Source: Nemertoderma westbladi (taxonomy: Eukaryota; Animalia; Xenacoelomorpha). Taken from it: a stretch of 64,000 bases of DNA. The DNA is taken from the NCBI GenBank assembly GCA_032718475.1, contig JAUCBJ010009136.1:186001-250000 (forward strand), in the 5' to 3' direction. A program made the position numbers and the translations under genes. Positions 25,788-38,439 of the stretch are shown piece by piece. Under the pieces are notes generated by a model that was not told the DNA's origin, ran no database searches, and saw only the letters and a program-made list of their open reading frames with translations. The stretch's first letter is position 1. Each line of letters starts with the position of its first letter.

Positions 25788-28700
25788 ATACGGAACTCTA
25801 TCCCTTTTTTGACTAGATTGGCAGTTCTATACGGAACTCTACCCCTTTTTTGACTAGATTGGCAGTTCTATACGGAACTCTATCCCTTTTTTGGCTAGAT
25901 TGGCAGTTCTATACGGAACTCTATCCCTTTTTTGACTAGATTGGCAGTTCTATACGGAACTCTATCCCTTTTTTGACTAGATTGGCAGTTCTATACGGAA
26001 CTCTATCCCTTTTTTGACTAGATTGGCAGTTCTATACGGAACTCTATCCCTTTTTTGGCTAGATTGGCAGTTCTATACGGAACTCTATCCCTTTTTTGAC
26101 TAGATTGGCAGTTCTATACGGAACTCTATCCCTTTTTTGACTAGATTGGCAGTTCTATACGGAACTCTATCCCTTTTTTGGTTAGATTGGCAGTTCTATA
26201 CGGAACTCTATCCCTTTTTTGACTAGATTGGCAGTTCTATACGGAACTCTACCCCTTTTTTGACTAGATTGGCAGTTCTATACGGAACTCTATCCATTTT
26301 TTGACTAGATTGGCAGTTCTATACGGAACTCTATCCCTTTTTTGACTAGATTGGCAGTTCTATACGGAACTCTACCCTTTTTTTTTGACTAGATTGGCAG
26401 TTCTATACGGAACTCTACCCCTTTTTTGACTAGATTGGCAGTTCTATACGGAACTCTACCCCTTTTTTGACTAGATTGGCAGTTCTATACGGAACTCTAT
26501 CCCTTTTTTGACTAGATTGGCAGTTCTATACGGAACTCTATCCATTTTTTGGCTAGATTGGCAGTTCTATACGGAACTCTATCCCTTTTTTGGTTAGATT
26601 GGCAGTTCTATACGGAACTCTACCCCTTTTTTGACTAGATTGGCAGTTCTATACGGAACTCTATCCATTTTTTGACTAGATTGGCAGTTCTATACGGAAC
26701 TCTATCCCTTTTTTGACTAGATTGGCAGTTCTATACGGAACTCTATCCATTTTTTGACTAGATTGGCAGTTCTATACGGAACTCTATCCCTTTTTTGACT
26801 AGATTGGCAGTTCTATACGGAACTCTATCCCTTTTTTGACTAGATTGGCAGTTCTATACGGAACTCTATCCCTTTTTTGGTTAGATTGGCAGTTCTATAC
26901 GGAACTCTATCCCTTTTTTGACTAGATTGGCAGTTCTATACGGAACTCTATCCCTTTTTTGGCTAGATTGGCAGTTCTATACGGAACTCTATCCATTTTT
27001 TGACTAGATTGGCAGTTCTATACGGAACTCTATCCCTTTTTTGACTAGATTGGCAGTTCTATACGGAACTCTACCCCTTTTTTGACTAGATTGGCAGTTC
27101 TATACGGAACTCTATCCCTTTTTTGACTAGATTGGCAGTTCTATACGGAACTCTATCCCTTTTTTGGCTAGATTGGCAGTTCTATACGGAACTCTATCCC
27201 TTTTTTGGTTAGATTGGCAGTTCTATACGGAACTCTACCCCTTTTTTGACTAGATTGGCAGTTCTATACGGAACTCTACCCCTTTTTTGACTAGATTGGC
27301 AGTTCTATACGGAACTCTATCCATTTTTTGGCTAGATTGGCAGTTCTATACGGACCTCTACCCCTTTTTTGACTAGATTGGCAGTTCTATACGGACCTCT
27401 ACCCCTTTTTTGACTAGATTGGCAGTTCTATACAGAACTCTACCCCTTTTTTGACTAGATTGGCAGTTCTATACGGAACTCTATCCCTTTTTTGGCTAGA
27501 TTGGCAGTTCTATACGGACCTCTATCCCTTTTTTGACTAGATTGGCAGTTCTATACGGAACTCTATCCATTTTTTGGCTAGATTGGCAGTTCTATACGGA
27601 ACTCTATCCCTTTTTTGGTTAGATTGGCAGTTCTATACGGAACTCTACCCCTTTTTTGACTAGATTGGCAGTTCTATACGGAACTCTATCCATTTTTTGA
27701 CTAGATTGGCAGTTCTATACGGAACTCTATCCCTTTTTTGACTATATTGGCAGTTCTATACGGAACTCTATCCATTTTTTGACTAGATTGGCAGTTCTAT
27801 ACGGAACTCTATCCCTTTTTTGACTAGATTGGCAGTTCTATACGGAACTCTATCCCTTTTTTGACTAGATTGGCAGTTCTATACGGAACTCTATCCCTTT
27901 TTTGGTTAGATTGGCAGTTCTATACGGAACTCTATCCCTTTTTTGACTAGATTGGCAGTTCTATACGGAACTCTATCCCTTTTTTGACTAGATTGGCAGT
28001 TCTATACGGAACTCTATCCATTTTTTGACTAGATTGGCAGTTCTATACGGAACTCTATCCCTTTTTTGACTAGATTGGCAGTTCTATACGGAACTCTACC
28101 CCTTTTTTGACTAGATTGGCAGTTCTATACGGAACTCTATCCCTTTTTTGACTAGATTGGCAGTTCTATACGGAACTCTATCCATTTTGTGGCTAGATTG
28201 GCAGTTCTATACGGAACTCTATCCCTTTTTTGGTTAGATTGGCAGTTCTATACGGAACTCTACCCCTTTTTTGACTAGATTGGCAGTTCTATACGGAACT
28301 CTACCCCTTTTTTGACTAGATTGGCAGTTCTATACGGAACTCTATCCATTTTTTGGCTAGATTGGCAGTTCTATACGGACCTCTACCCCTTTTTTGACTA
28401 GATTGGCAGTTCTATACGGACCTCTACCCCTTTTTTGACTAGATTGGCAGTTCTATACAGAACTCTACCCCTTTTTTGACTAGATTGGCAGTTCTATACG
28501 GAACTCTACCCCTTTTTTTTTACTAGATTGGCAGTTCTATACGGACCTCTACCCCTTTTTTGGCTAGATTGGCAGTTCTATACGGACCTCTACCCCTTTT
28601 TTGACTAGATTGGCAGTTCTATACGCAACTCTACCCCTTTTTTGACTAGATTGGCAGTTCTATACGGAACTCTACCCCTTTTTTGTCTAGATTGGCAGTT

Positions 28701-31700
28701 CTATACGGAACTCTATCCCTTTTTTGACTAGATTGGCAGTTCTATACGGAACTCTATCCATTTTTTGACTAGATTGGCAGTTCTATACGGAACTCTATCC
28801 CTTTTTTGGCTAGATTGGCAGTTCTATACGGAACTCTATCCCTTTTTTGACTAGATTGGCGGTTCTATACGGAACTCTATCCCTTTTTTGGCTAGATTGG
28901 CAGTTCTATACGGACCTCTACCCCTTTTTTGACTAGATTGGCAGTTCTATATGGAACTCTATCCCTTTTTTGACTAGATTGACAGTTCTATACGGAACTC
29001 TACCCCTTTTTTGATTAGATTGGCAGTTCTATACGGAACTCTATCCATTTTTTGGCTAGATTGGCAGTTCTATACGGAACTCTATCCCTTTTTTGACTAG
29101 ATTGGCAGTTCTATACAGAACTCTACCCCTTTTTTGACTAGATTGGCAGTTCTATACGGAACTCTACCCCTTTTTTGACTAGATTGGCAGTTCTATACGG
29201 AACTCTATCCATTTTTTGGCTAGATTGGCAGTTCTATACGGACCTCTACCCCTTTTTTGACTAGATTGGCAGTTCTACGGACCTCTACCCCTTTTTTGAC
29301 TAGATTGGCAGTTCTATACAGAACTCTACCCCTTTTTTGACTAGATTGGCAGTTCTATACGGAACTCTATCCCTTTTTTGGCTAGATTGGCAGTTCTATA
29401 CGGACCTCTACCCCTTTTTTGACTAGATTGGCAGTTCTATACGGAACTCTACCCCTTTTTTGACTAGATTGGCAGTTCTATACGGAACTCTACCCATTTT
29501 TTGAATAGATTGGCAGTTCTATACGGAACTCTATCCATTTTTTGGCTAGATTGGCAGTTCTATACGGAACTCTATCCCTTTTTTGGTTAGATTGGCAGTT
29601 CTATACGGAACTCTATCCCTTTTTTGACTAGATTGGCAGTTCTATACGGAACTCTAGCCCTTTTTTTTTGCTAGATTGGCAGTTCTATACGGAACTCTAC
29701 CCCTTTTTTGACTAGATTGGCAGTTCTATACGGAACTCTACCCCTTTTTTGACTAGATTGGCAGTTCTATACGGACCTCTACCCCTTTTTTTGACTAGAT
29801 TGGCAGTTCTATACGGAACACTATCCCTTTTTTGGCTAGATTGGCAGTTCTATACGGAACTCTATCCCTTTTTTGGCTAGATTGGCAGTTCTATACGGAA
29901 CTCTATCCCTTTTTTGGCTAGATTGGCAGTTCTATACGGAACTCTACCCCTTTTTTGTCTAGATTGGCAGTTCTATACGGAACTCTATCCATTTTTTGAC
30001 TAGATTGGCAGTTCTATACGGAACTCTACCCCTTTTTTGACTAGATTGGCAGTTCTATACGGACCTCTACCCCTTTTTTTGACTAGATTGGCAGTTCTAT
30101 ACGGAACACTATCCCTTTTTTGGCTAGATTGGCAGTTCTATACGGAACTCTATCCCTTTTTTGGCTAGATTGGCAGTTCTATACGGAACTCTATCCCTTT
30201 TTTGGCTAGATTGGCAGTTCTATACGGAACTCTACCCCTTTTTTGTCTAGATTGGCAGTTCTATACGGAACTCTATCCCTTTTTTGACTAGATTGGCAGT
30301 TCTATACGGAACTCTACCCCTTTTTTGGCTAGATTGGCAGTTCTATACGGAACTCTATCCCTTTTTTGGTTAGATTGGCAGTTCTATACGGACCTCTACC
30401 CCTTTTTTGACTAGATTGGCAGTTCTATACGGAACTCTATCCATTTTTTGACTTGATTGGCAGTTCTATACGGAACTCTATCCCTTTTTTGACTAGATTG
30501 GCAGTTCTATACGGAACTCTATCCATTTTTTGACTAGATTGGCAGTTCTATACGGAACTCTATCCCTTTTTTGACTAGATTGGCAGTTCTATACGGAACT
30601 CTACCCCTTTTTTGGCTAGATTGGCAGTTCTATACGGAACTCTATCCCTTTTTTGACTAGATTGGCAGTTCTATACGGAACTCTACCCCTTTTTTGGCTA
30701 GATTGGCAGTTCTATACGGAACTCTACCCCTTTTTTGGCTAGATTGGCAGTTCTATACGGAACTCTACCCCTTTTTTGACTAGATTGGCAGTTCTATACG
30801 GAACTCTACCCCTTTTTTGACTAGATTGGCAGTTCTATACGGAACTCTATCCCTTTTTTGGCTAGATTGGCAGTTCTATACGGAACTCGACCCCTTTTTT
30901 TGACTAGATTTGCAGTTCTATACGGAACTCTATCCCTTTTTTGACTAGATTGGCAGTTCTATACGGAACTCTATCCATTTTTTGACTAGATTGGCAGTTC
31001 TATACGGAACTCTATCCCTTTTTTGGCTAGATTGGCAGTTCTATACGGAACTCTATCCCTTTTTTGACTAGATTCGCAGTTCTATACGGAACTCTATCCA
31101 TTTTTTGACTAGATTGGCAGTTCTATACGGAACTCTATCCATTTTTTGACTAGATTGGCAGTTCTATACGGAACTCTATCCATTTTTTGACTAGATTGGC
31201 AGTTCTATACGGAACTCTATCCATTTTTTGACTAGATTGGCAGTTCTATACGGAACTCTATCCATTTTTTGACTAGATTGGCAGTTCTATACGGAACTCT
31301 ATCCATTTTTTGACTAGATTGGCAGTTCTATACGGAACTCTATCCATTTTTTGACTAGATTGGCAGTTCTATACGGAACTCTATCCCTTTTTTGGCTAGA
31401 TTGGCAGTTCTATACGGAACTCTATCCCTTTTTTGACTAGATTGGCAGTTCTATACGGAACTCTATCCATTTTTTGACTAGATTGGCAGTTCTATACGGA
31501 ACTCTACCCCTTTTTTGACTAGATTGGCAGTTCAATACGGAACTCTACCCCTTTTTTGACTAGATTGGCAGTTCTATACGGAACTCTATCCCTTTTTTGA
31601 CTAGATTGGCAGTTCTATACGGAACTCTATCCCTTTTTTGGCTAGATTGGCAGTTCTATACGGAACTCTATCCCTTTTTTGACTAGATTGGCAGTTCTAT

Positions 31701-33512
31701 ACGGAACTCTACCCCTTTTTTGACTAGATTGGCAGTTCAATACGGAACTCTACCCCTTTTTTGACTAGATTGGCAGTTCTATACGGAACTCTATCCCTTT
31801 TTTGACTAGATTGGCAGTTCTATACGGAACTCTATCCCTTTTTTGGCTAGATTGGCAGTTCTATACGGAACTCTACCCCTTTTTTGACTAGATTGGCAGT
31901 TCTATACGAAACTCTATCCATTTTTTGACTAGATTGGCAGTTCTATACGGAACTCTATCCCTTTTTTGACTAGATTGGCAGTTCTATACGGAACTCTATC
32001 CCTTTTTTGGTTAGATTGGCAGTTCTATACGGAACTCTACCCCTTTTTTGACTAGATTGGCAGTTCTATACGGAACTCTACCCCTTTTTTGACTAGATTG
32101 GCAGTTCTATACGGAACTCTATCCCTTTTTTGACTAGATTGGCAGTTCTATACGGAACTCTATCCCTTTTTTGACTATATTGGCAGTTCTATACGGAACT
32201 CTATCCATTTTTTGACTAGATTGGCAGTTCTATACGGAACTCTACCCCTTTTTTGGCTAGATTGGCAGTTCTATACGGAACTCTACCCCTTTTTTGGCTA
32301 GATTGGCAGTTCTATACGGAACTCTACCCCTTTTTTGACTAGATTGGCAGTTCTATACGGAACTCTACCCCTTTTTTGGCTAGATTGGCAGTTCTATACG
32401 GAACTCTATCCCTTTTTTGGCTAGATTGGCAGTTCTATACGGAACTCTATCCCTTTTTTTACTAGATTGGCAGTTCTATACGGAACTCTATCCATTTTTT
32501 GACTAGATTGGCAGTTCTATACGGAACTCTATCCCTTTTTTGGCTAGATTGGCAGTTCTATACGGAACTCTATCCCTTTTTTGACTAGATTGGCAGTTCT
32601 ATACGGAACTCTATCCATTTTTTGACTAGATTGGCAGTTCTATACGGAACTCTATATCCCTTTTTTGACTAGATTGGCAGTTCTATACGGAACTCTACCC
32701 CTTTTTTGACTAGATTGGCAGTTCAATACGGAACTCTATCCCTTTTTTGGCTAGATTGGCAGTTCTATACGGAACTCTACCCCTTTTTTGGCTAGATTGG
32801 CAGTTCTATACGGAACTCTATCCCTTTTTTGACTAGATTGGCAGTTCTATACGGAACTCTACCCCTTTTTTGGCTAGATTGGCAGTTCTATACGGAACTC
32901 TATCCCGCAGTTCTATACGGAACTCTACCCCTTTTTTGGCTAGATTGGCAGTTCTATACGGAACTCTATCCCTTTTTTGACTAGATTGGCAGTTCAATAC
33001 GGAACTCTATCCCTTTTTTGGCTAGATTGGCAGTTCTATACGGAACTCTACCCCTTTTTTGGCTAGATTGGCAGTTCTATACGGAACTCTATCCCTTTTT
33101 TGACTAGATTGGCAGTTCTATACGGAACTCTACCCCTTTTTTGGCTAGATTGGCAGCTCTATACGGAACTCTATCCTTTTTTTGACTAGATTGGCAGTTC
33201 TATACGGAACTCTATCCCTTTTTTGACTAGATTGGCAGTTCTATACGGAACTCTATCCCTTTTTTGACTAGATTGGCAGTTCTATACGGAACTCGATCCC
33301 TTTTTTGACTAGATTGGCAGTTCTATACGGAACTCTACCCTTTTTTTGGCTAGATTGGCAGTTCTATACGGAACTCTATCCCTTTTTTGGCTAGATTGGC
33401 AGTTCTATACGGAACTCTATCCCTTTTTTGACTAGATTGGCAGTTCTATACGGAACTCTACCCTTTTTTTGGCTAGATTGGCAGTTCTATACGGAACTCT
33501 ATCCCTTTTTTG
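25780..33512. repeat. Tandem satellite, 41-bp unit GCAGTTCTATACGGAACTCTATCCCTTTTTTGACTAGATTG, ~7.7 kb
   Basis: About 185-190 copies; each unit has a small hairpin AGTTC-TATACG-GAACT and a T6 tract. Confidence 0.98.
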
Positions 33513-33778
33513 GGCCTTTTTTTAACGAGATAATATAGAACCTAAAAACCTTTTGGTTGATTGCGAATTTCTACCCCTTTTAATTCATTTTTTCATGTAT
33601 TTTTTTTTGCTTTTGGGGATTGGCGTAGATTTTATTACATTATGTAAACGGTAATACGGGGAATATAATTGCCACTATTATTAGTGTTCGTTACTCACAA
33701 ATGTATCAAATCAGTATTACATTATTATAAAGGTATAGCACTTCAAAGTCAGTGCGACTAGATTATACTGCGATGGTT

Positions 33779-35554
33779 TCATAAAAACCATAAGAGACCT
33801 CCTTTCTTTACTCCCATCTGTTTCGCAATCATTTTTGCGTCGCTAGCGTCCCGCACTAACGTTTCCATGGCAATGAGTTCCTCGGCTACCCGAGTGGCGA
33901 TGGGCGACGCGGGTTTAACGTTCCAGAACGCGGCGCCGACCAGTCGCTTACCGTCGTCCACATAGAGTAGAACGCCGGAACGGATTTCCTCCTCGGGAAC
34001 CCGATCCGAAGTCGCGGAGGATTCGTATACCCGAATCTGGCGATCGGAACCCCGGAAGACGCCGTAGGAGGCGAACCGGGAGGAGCTCCGGCCGACCCCG
34101 TGGAAGGAGGCCACCCACCCCGGGAGGCCGCCGGCCCAGCGGTCCGGGGACGCGAAGGGGGCGCGGTTCGTGTGGCCCAGCATCGCGCGACCCGCGTAGG
34201 ACCCCATCGCCGCGGATACCGTCTCGGATTCCCGCCGTCGTCGACCGTGCGTCGCGTCGACGAACTCCGCGACCGAGCCGGCGACGAACTCGTCGACGCG
34301 ACCCGCGGCCCGGAGGAACTCGTCGGCGACGACGCCGCCGTTGGCGCGGCTGGTCGTGAGTCCGGCGCGCGCGGCGAGCTCGGCGTTGGGCCGGTTGGCG
34401 TCAACCAGGACGACCGCGTCCACGGTCAGCGAGGACCCGTCGTCCATCGCCAGGCAAACTCGTCCGTCGTCATCCTTCGCCACGCCGGACACGTCGACCC
34501 CCGGGACCACCCGGACCCCGAGTCGCCGATCCAACCCCCCCGCTACCGCGTCTCCGAGGTACTTCGGGAAGGTTTCCGCGAGGCAACCCGCCCCCCGGAG
34601 GATCTGGTAAACCCGCAGCTCCCCCGTCGCTCGTCGCCTCCCTTTGTTCCGGATCGCCGCTGCCAACTCGGTTGCCACGATCCCGGATCCGACGATCGCC
34701 AAGGAATCCACGCGATCCGCCAACTCAACGACTCTATGAAACTCCTCGATTGTCCGGAAGGTTTGAACCGATTCTGAGTCCAACTGACTCGGAATCTCCG
34801 GACGAACCCCCGTTGCAATCAGCAGCTTCTTGTATCCCAGAGTTTGGCCGGTCTGCAGCCGAATCGATTTAGCTTCGAGATCTATGGCGTCGACTCGGCA
34901 ATCGGTGAGTAAACCGATCCGTCGCCCCCCGGAGCGGCCCAACTCGGAGGCGTCGACGAACTCGTTCTCCGTCGCGAGGAAGGTCGTCCGGTTAACGAGG
35001 AACCGCGAGAGGGCGTCCTTGTAGGTGAGTTCGGAGTCGCCGCGATGCCCCAACCACAGCTCGTAGGAGAGCGGCGCTCTTTGGTACGGACGGACCGATT
35101 CCTCGGTTACTATGAGGACCGGGGCGTCGGCGCGATGGCGACGTATTTCCCGCGCCGCGCTGTAGCCCGCCACTCCGCCGCCGATTATCACGTAGTCGAC
35201 AAGTTCCGGGAGGTCCGGAACTAGTCCCGAGGAAACCTCTGTCTCCTCCTCGACGGGTTTAGTCGCCGCGGCCGCCGTTGTAAATCCGCAGCGGTATTTG
35301 GTCCACGCAATGCCGGTCGCCACTAAAGCGGCCAAGGCACCGGGGGCGAGCCATCCGGGTTGGTGGTTACGTCCGCCATGTATTAATCGAAGGGGTAACC
35401 ATCGCTTAGTAGTAGACATGAAACGCAAACAGCCACGGTGACTACCGGTACTGATGTTTGCGCGATATTGTATTTGTCGCACAGAACACACCCATTGTTT
35501 ACTGGCCCTTCCCACCATCCATCTCGCCCTTGTCGATTGACTGAGAGATATCAT
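33779..35554 (-). CDS. AIFM1: Apoptosis-inducing factor (AIFM1)-like mitochondrial FAD/NAD(H) oxidoreductase, intronless and divergent, nested antisense in a myosin intron
   Basis: 591-aa ORF. Arg/Ser-rich presequence, hydrophobic anchor (GALAALVATGIAW), FAD motif IIGGGVAG, PYQRAPLSYELW, LLIATG, TFRTIEEF, NAD motif IVGSGIVATEL, PNAELA, NGGVV, GRRRRE, C-terminal GVLLY...LVGAAFWNV typical of AIF. GC-rich island. Confidence 0.88.
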   Translation of the reverse strand: MISLSQSTRARWMVGRASKQWVCSVRQIQYRANISTGSHRGCLRFMSTTKRWLPLRLIHGGRNHQPGWLAPGALAALVATGIAWTKYRCGFTTAAAATKPVEEETEVSSGLVPDLPELVDYVIIGGGVAGYSAAREIRRHRADAPVLIVTEESVRPYQRAPLSYELWLGHRGDSELTYKDALSRFLVNRTTFLATENEFVDASELGRSGGRRIGLLTDCRVDAIDLEAKSIRLQTGQTLGYKKLLIATGVRPEIPSQLDSESVQTFRTIEEFHRVVELADRVDSLAIVGSGIVATELAAAIRNKGRRRATGELRVYQILRGAGCLAETFPKYLGDAVAGGLDRRLGVRVVPGVDVSGVAKDDDGRVCLAMDDGSSLTVDAVVLVDANRPNAELAARAGLTTSRANGGVVADEFLRAAGRVDEFVAGSVAEFVDATHGRRRRESETVSAAMGSYAGRAMLGHTNRAPFASPDRWAGGLPGWVASFHGVGRSSSRFASYGVFRGSDRQIRVYESSATSDRVPEEEIRSGVLLYVDDGKRLVGAAFWNVKPASPIATRVAEELIAMETLVRDASDAKMIAKQMGVKKGGLLWFL

Positions 35555-36147
35555 TGCCGGTTACCCGATCAGCTACCGGTCTGCGGTCTCTAACACTGCC
35601 CGTAGTTCAGTACTGAGGTAGTTCCGTCACCGCGTCGTGTCTGGCTGTCTGGAATAATTGAATATACTACTGTCAGACTGTAGCGTAGCTTAGGAACATT
35701 ATAGATAGCTGGATAGGCCAAAACTGAAATAAAATGACAACTTGGGCCAAAACTGAAATAAACTGTCAACTTGCCGGTCCGGTATGGTGGCCCATTAGAG
35801 TCACCAAATAATCTGGAGAAAAATCAGTGTAATTTTTTGATTTTACAAATGTATAATAAAATTAACCGGTACCTTGCAGCCTTGCAACATACACTACCGG
35901 TATCCATTTTCATGAAAGCAGGAAATAACGATTTAAATTTCCCGCGGTTCTATCTTTGATTAAGCTCTTAATTTCTCAATCAATGAGGCGTTTTCTGTTC
36001 TTCTAAAATGAATTGAGCAGCGCCGCTGTTTAATCACAGAATTTCAGCCTGGCCTGCTCATCCGTTTCATTCAAAATAAATTAAAGGGAACACAAGTAAG
36101 TTTCTTCACTACCCGGGTGGGGTTTATAATTATTATGTTGTTCTTAG

Positions 36148-36275
36148 GAATGGTATCGGTACTGAAATTAATGGAAGTTGGTTACCCAACCCGAACCTCT
36201 TACTCCGATCTGTATGATATGTATTACCGATATAGCAGGGAACTCTCACGTCTAGCTCCAATGTCTTTCTGCAGG
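36148..36275 (+). CDS. MYO6: Myosin VI-like heavy chain, internal exon (phase 1/0; SH1 helix/converter start)
   Basis: Acceptor ttcttag|GA, donor AGG|gtatag. Translates (G)MVSVLKLMEVGYPTRTSYSDLYDMYYRYSRELSRLAPMSFCR, matching myosin VI GMVSVL.LM..GYP.R...ELY.MY...L.RL.P..FC; phase matches the previous exon. Confidence 0.93.
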
Positions 36276-36445
36276 GTATAGAATTTCAATACATACCTCA
36301 CATAAATGTCTGATCCATCCAATGCAATATCCCTTTTTGCCCTTTTAATGTCAACAATAAATTAATTTTCTATGTGTCTATCCTATCAAACTTTCCGGTA
36401 AATAATTTAATGCATCTCTTTAAATTAAATATTTCTGTGGTGACC

Positions 36446-36518
36446 CGGGGGCGTACCCAGGTAATTACCCCCACTACCACCCCCCCCCCCCCCCCCCCCC
36501 CCCTTGGGTACGCCCCTG
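36446..36518. mobile_element. 73-bp hAT-type MITE with poly-C core
   Basis: Terminal inverted repeats CGGGGGCGTACCCA / TGGGTACGCCCCTG; perfect 8-bp duplication TGGTGACC at 36438-36445 and 36519-36526. Confidence 0.85.
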
Positions 36519-36994
36519 TGGTGACCTAACTGAGTGTGTGTAACGGAATATAGAATTGAACTTTTAACAGTTACTCACAGCTTTAGCGCCATCTATCGGC
36601 TATCTTTTGCAAGATAGAAACTGATATTTACATACTCTGGAAAAATATTGTTATATTATTATTTTATCCGGTAAAGACATAGATTCCCAAGCCACTACTG
36701 GGCGGGTTTCAATACCCGTACAATTAAAATACAAAGGAAAGTTTGATACCCTACGGTGGTGGTGAGAAACGGTCAGTTGAATTAGTAATAATTTAGTAAA
36801 ATAATTTAGTTGTTCCTGTTTCCCTAACAAGTAACAATCATTAATTACAAAATTCTACGTTATATACTAAAACTGCACTATATCCCTATTACGGCACCGT
36901 AGATATATGTAAAAAGGTAAAACAAGCGCGAAATCGCGGAGGCCCGCGTCTACTAAGTTATGAACCTACCTAATACAGTACCAAAAATAAGTAA

Positions 36995-37065
36995 CCGGAA
37001 AGTGGGATTGAACTCGGTACCTAGAGATTCCAAGTCCTACGCTTTAGCAACTTCGCCACTGCGCC
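36995..37065 (-). other. tRNA-derived sequence (SINE head or tRNA pseudogene)
   Basis: Minus strand reads GGCGCAGTGGCGAAGTTGCTAAAGCGTAGGACTTGGAATCTCTAGGTACCGAGTTCAATCCC: A-box-like and B-box motifs at tRNA spacing, with T5 downstream. Stems are imperfect. Confidence 0.55.
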
Positions 37066-37259
37066 GTATGAAGCCTTTTAAAACTAAAACCCAACTGGAA
37101 ATTAACAACAACAACAACGCAGTGAATACTAGAGTCTCGCTACGCGGACCTACTAACGGAGTGAATACTAGAGGTCTCGCTACGCGGACCTAAAAAAATG
37201 TTAAAATGAAAGTAAAAAGGGAAATTATTTGCAAAAAAGTAATAAGAACGGAGATTGTC

Positions 37260-37329
37260 TTTCTCATCTCACCACCGTTTCTCATCTCACCACCGTTTCT
37301 CATCCCACCACCGTTTCTCATCCCACCAC
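37260..37329. repeat. Short 18-bp tandem repeat TTTCTCATC(T/C)CACCACCG x4
   Basis: Direct inspection. Confidence 0.85.
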
Positions 37330-37634
37330 TGTAATATCCTGATAATGGCCGCGTCCTGCAGTGTACCATGCATGTCATAATTATTATTCATTAACCTGTG
37401 TCGATGTATGTCAATTTTTATCCAACTTAATACTAATTATCCTTTATTATTTGTTAAACTCACTTTTTTGTCGACAAAAAAAGTTATGTTCGAATTATAA
37501 AGTAATTTTAATGACATTAATAATATATTGTATTAAAGTAATAATATTATATTCTAGAATATTATAAGGTCCCACATTACTTATTTTACTATTTCGCTTT
37601 ATTTAACTCACGATTGAAGAAGCTACGATGGGCG

Positions 37635-38408
37635 GCTCCTCACCTCAGCTCATTAGAACATGCTGCTTCTAGTGTTGGTTTTCTTTTTAACTCCAGAAAA
37701 ACCAAAATTTTGACAGTTAACTTTGAAAGTCCTCAGTAAGTATCTGATCGGATGAGCATAAGCTCAAAAGATGGTATGCTTGAGCATGTGGATGACTTCT
37801 GTTACCTGGGATCATGGATCCGGAAGTCAGGTGAGGACCTTCGAATACGTAAGGGAAAGGCATGGGCAGCCTTGAATAGGCTTTCCAGGATTTGGAAGTC
37901 ACCGAGAATTACTCGGAAACTTAAGGTCCGATTATTTAGAGCAGCAGTAGTTCCAGTACTCCTCTATGGGAGTCCATGCTGGGCTCTAACTGCTGAGGAC
38001 ACCAAATCTCTGGATGGCACATTCACAAGAATGCTACGCCGGGTTCATTGTGTCAAGTACAATGCACACATCTCCAACCAGACACTATATAACATTGGAG
38101 GTGTCTCATTGGTTCCCCCAAGCTTGACACTAGAATAAAATCACCTCCGCATTGCAGGACATTGCTTTCGCCGTGAGGACCAGCCAGTGCATAATCTTGT
38201 ACTTTGGCAGACTCTTGGAGTGAATAAACATGGTGGACAGCCCATGACTTTCTTGAGACGCATCTTAAAGGACACTGCCTTGAAGATGCGGATGATCTAG
38301 CAAATGTCATAGGTGATAGGGAGTTGTGGCGGTGCAATTTTTTCGTTAAGCCGGCACAGCATTCTTAAAAATGCAGCTGCAATGCAGCATGCCGATCCTA
38401 GTAGTAGT
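37635..38408 (+). mobile_element. 5'-truncated non-LTR retrotransposon (RTE-like), 3' end of RT ORF
   Basis: N.RKTK, VDDFCYLGSWI, RKGKAWAALNRLSRIWKS, KVRLFRAAVVPVLLYGS.CW, FTRMLRR. (TAG)n tail; 9-bp duplication CGATGGGCG at 37626-37634 and 38409-38417. Confidence 0.9.
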
Positions 38409-38439
38409 CGATGGGCGATATCTATATTTTTTTTGTCTT

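Larger units (their letters stand above)
24577..33572. mobile_element. Non-autonomous foldback/TIR element (~9 kb) enclosing nested palindromes and the 41-bp satellite
   Basis: AGAAATTCGCAATCAACCAAAA..TTTTTAGGTTCTATATTATCT.GTT (24577-24629) is inverted at about 33524-33572. Exact ends and target-site duplication are unresolved. Confidence 0.65.

Noticed and set aside
19023-33512. CRISPR-like appearance of the 46/50-bp and 41-bp arrays
   Set aside because: Units are head-to-tail with no unique spacers, there are no cas genes, and the context is a eukaryotic intron.
33886-35024. ORFs overlapping the AIF-like gene
   Set aside because: Shadow frames of a GC-rich coding sequence.
33779-35554. 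Bacterial contamination or horizontal transfer for the GC-rich oxidoreductase
   Set aside because: The mitochondrial presequence, membrane anchor and AIF-specific motifs favour a eukaryotic AIF, and it lies between in-phase host exons; phylogeny would be decisive.
36570-36625. Possible next myosin exon after ttttaacag
   Set aside because: Reads LLTALAPSIGYLLQDRN-stop and lacks the expected FG.TKVFF motif.
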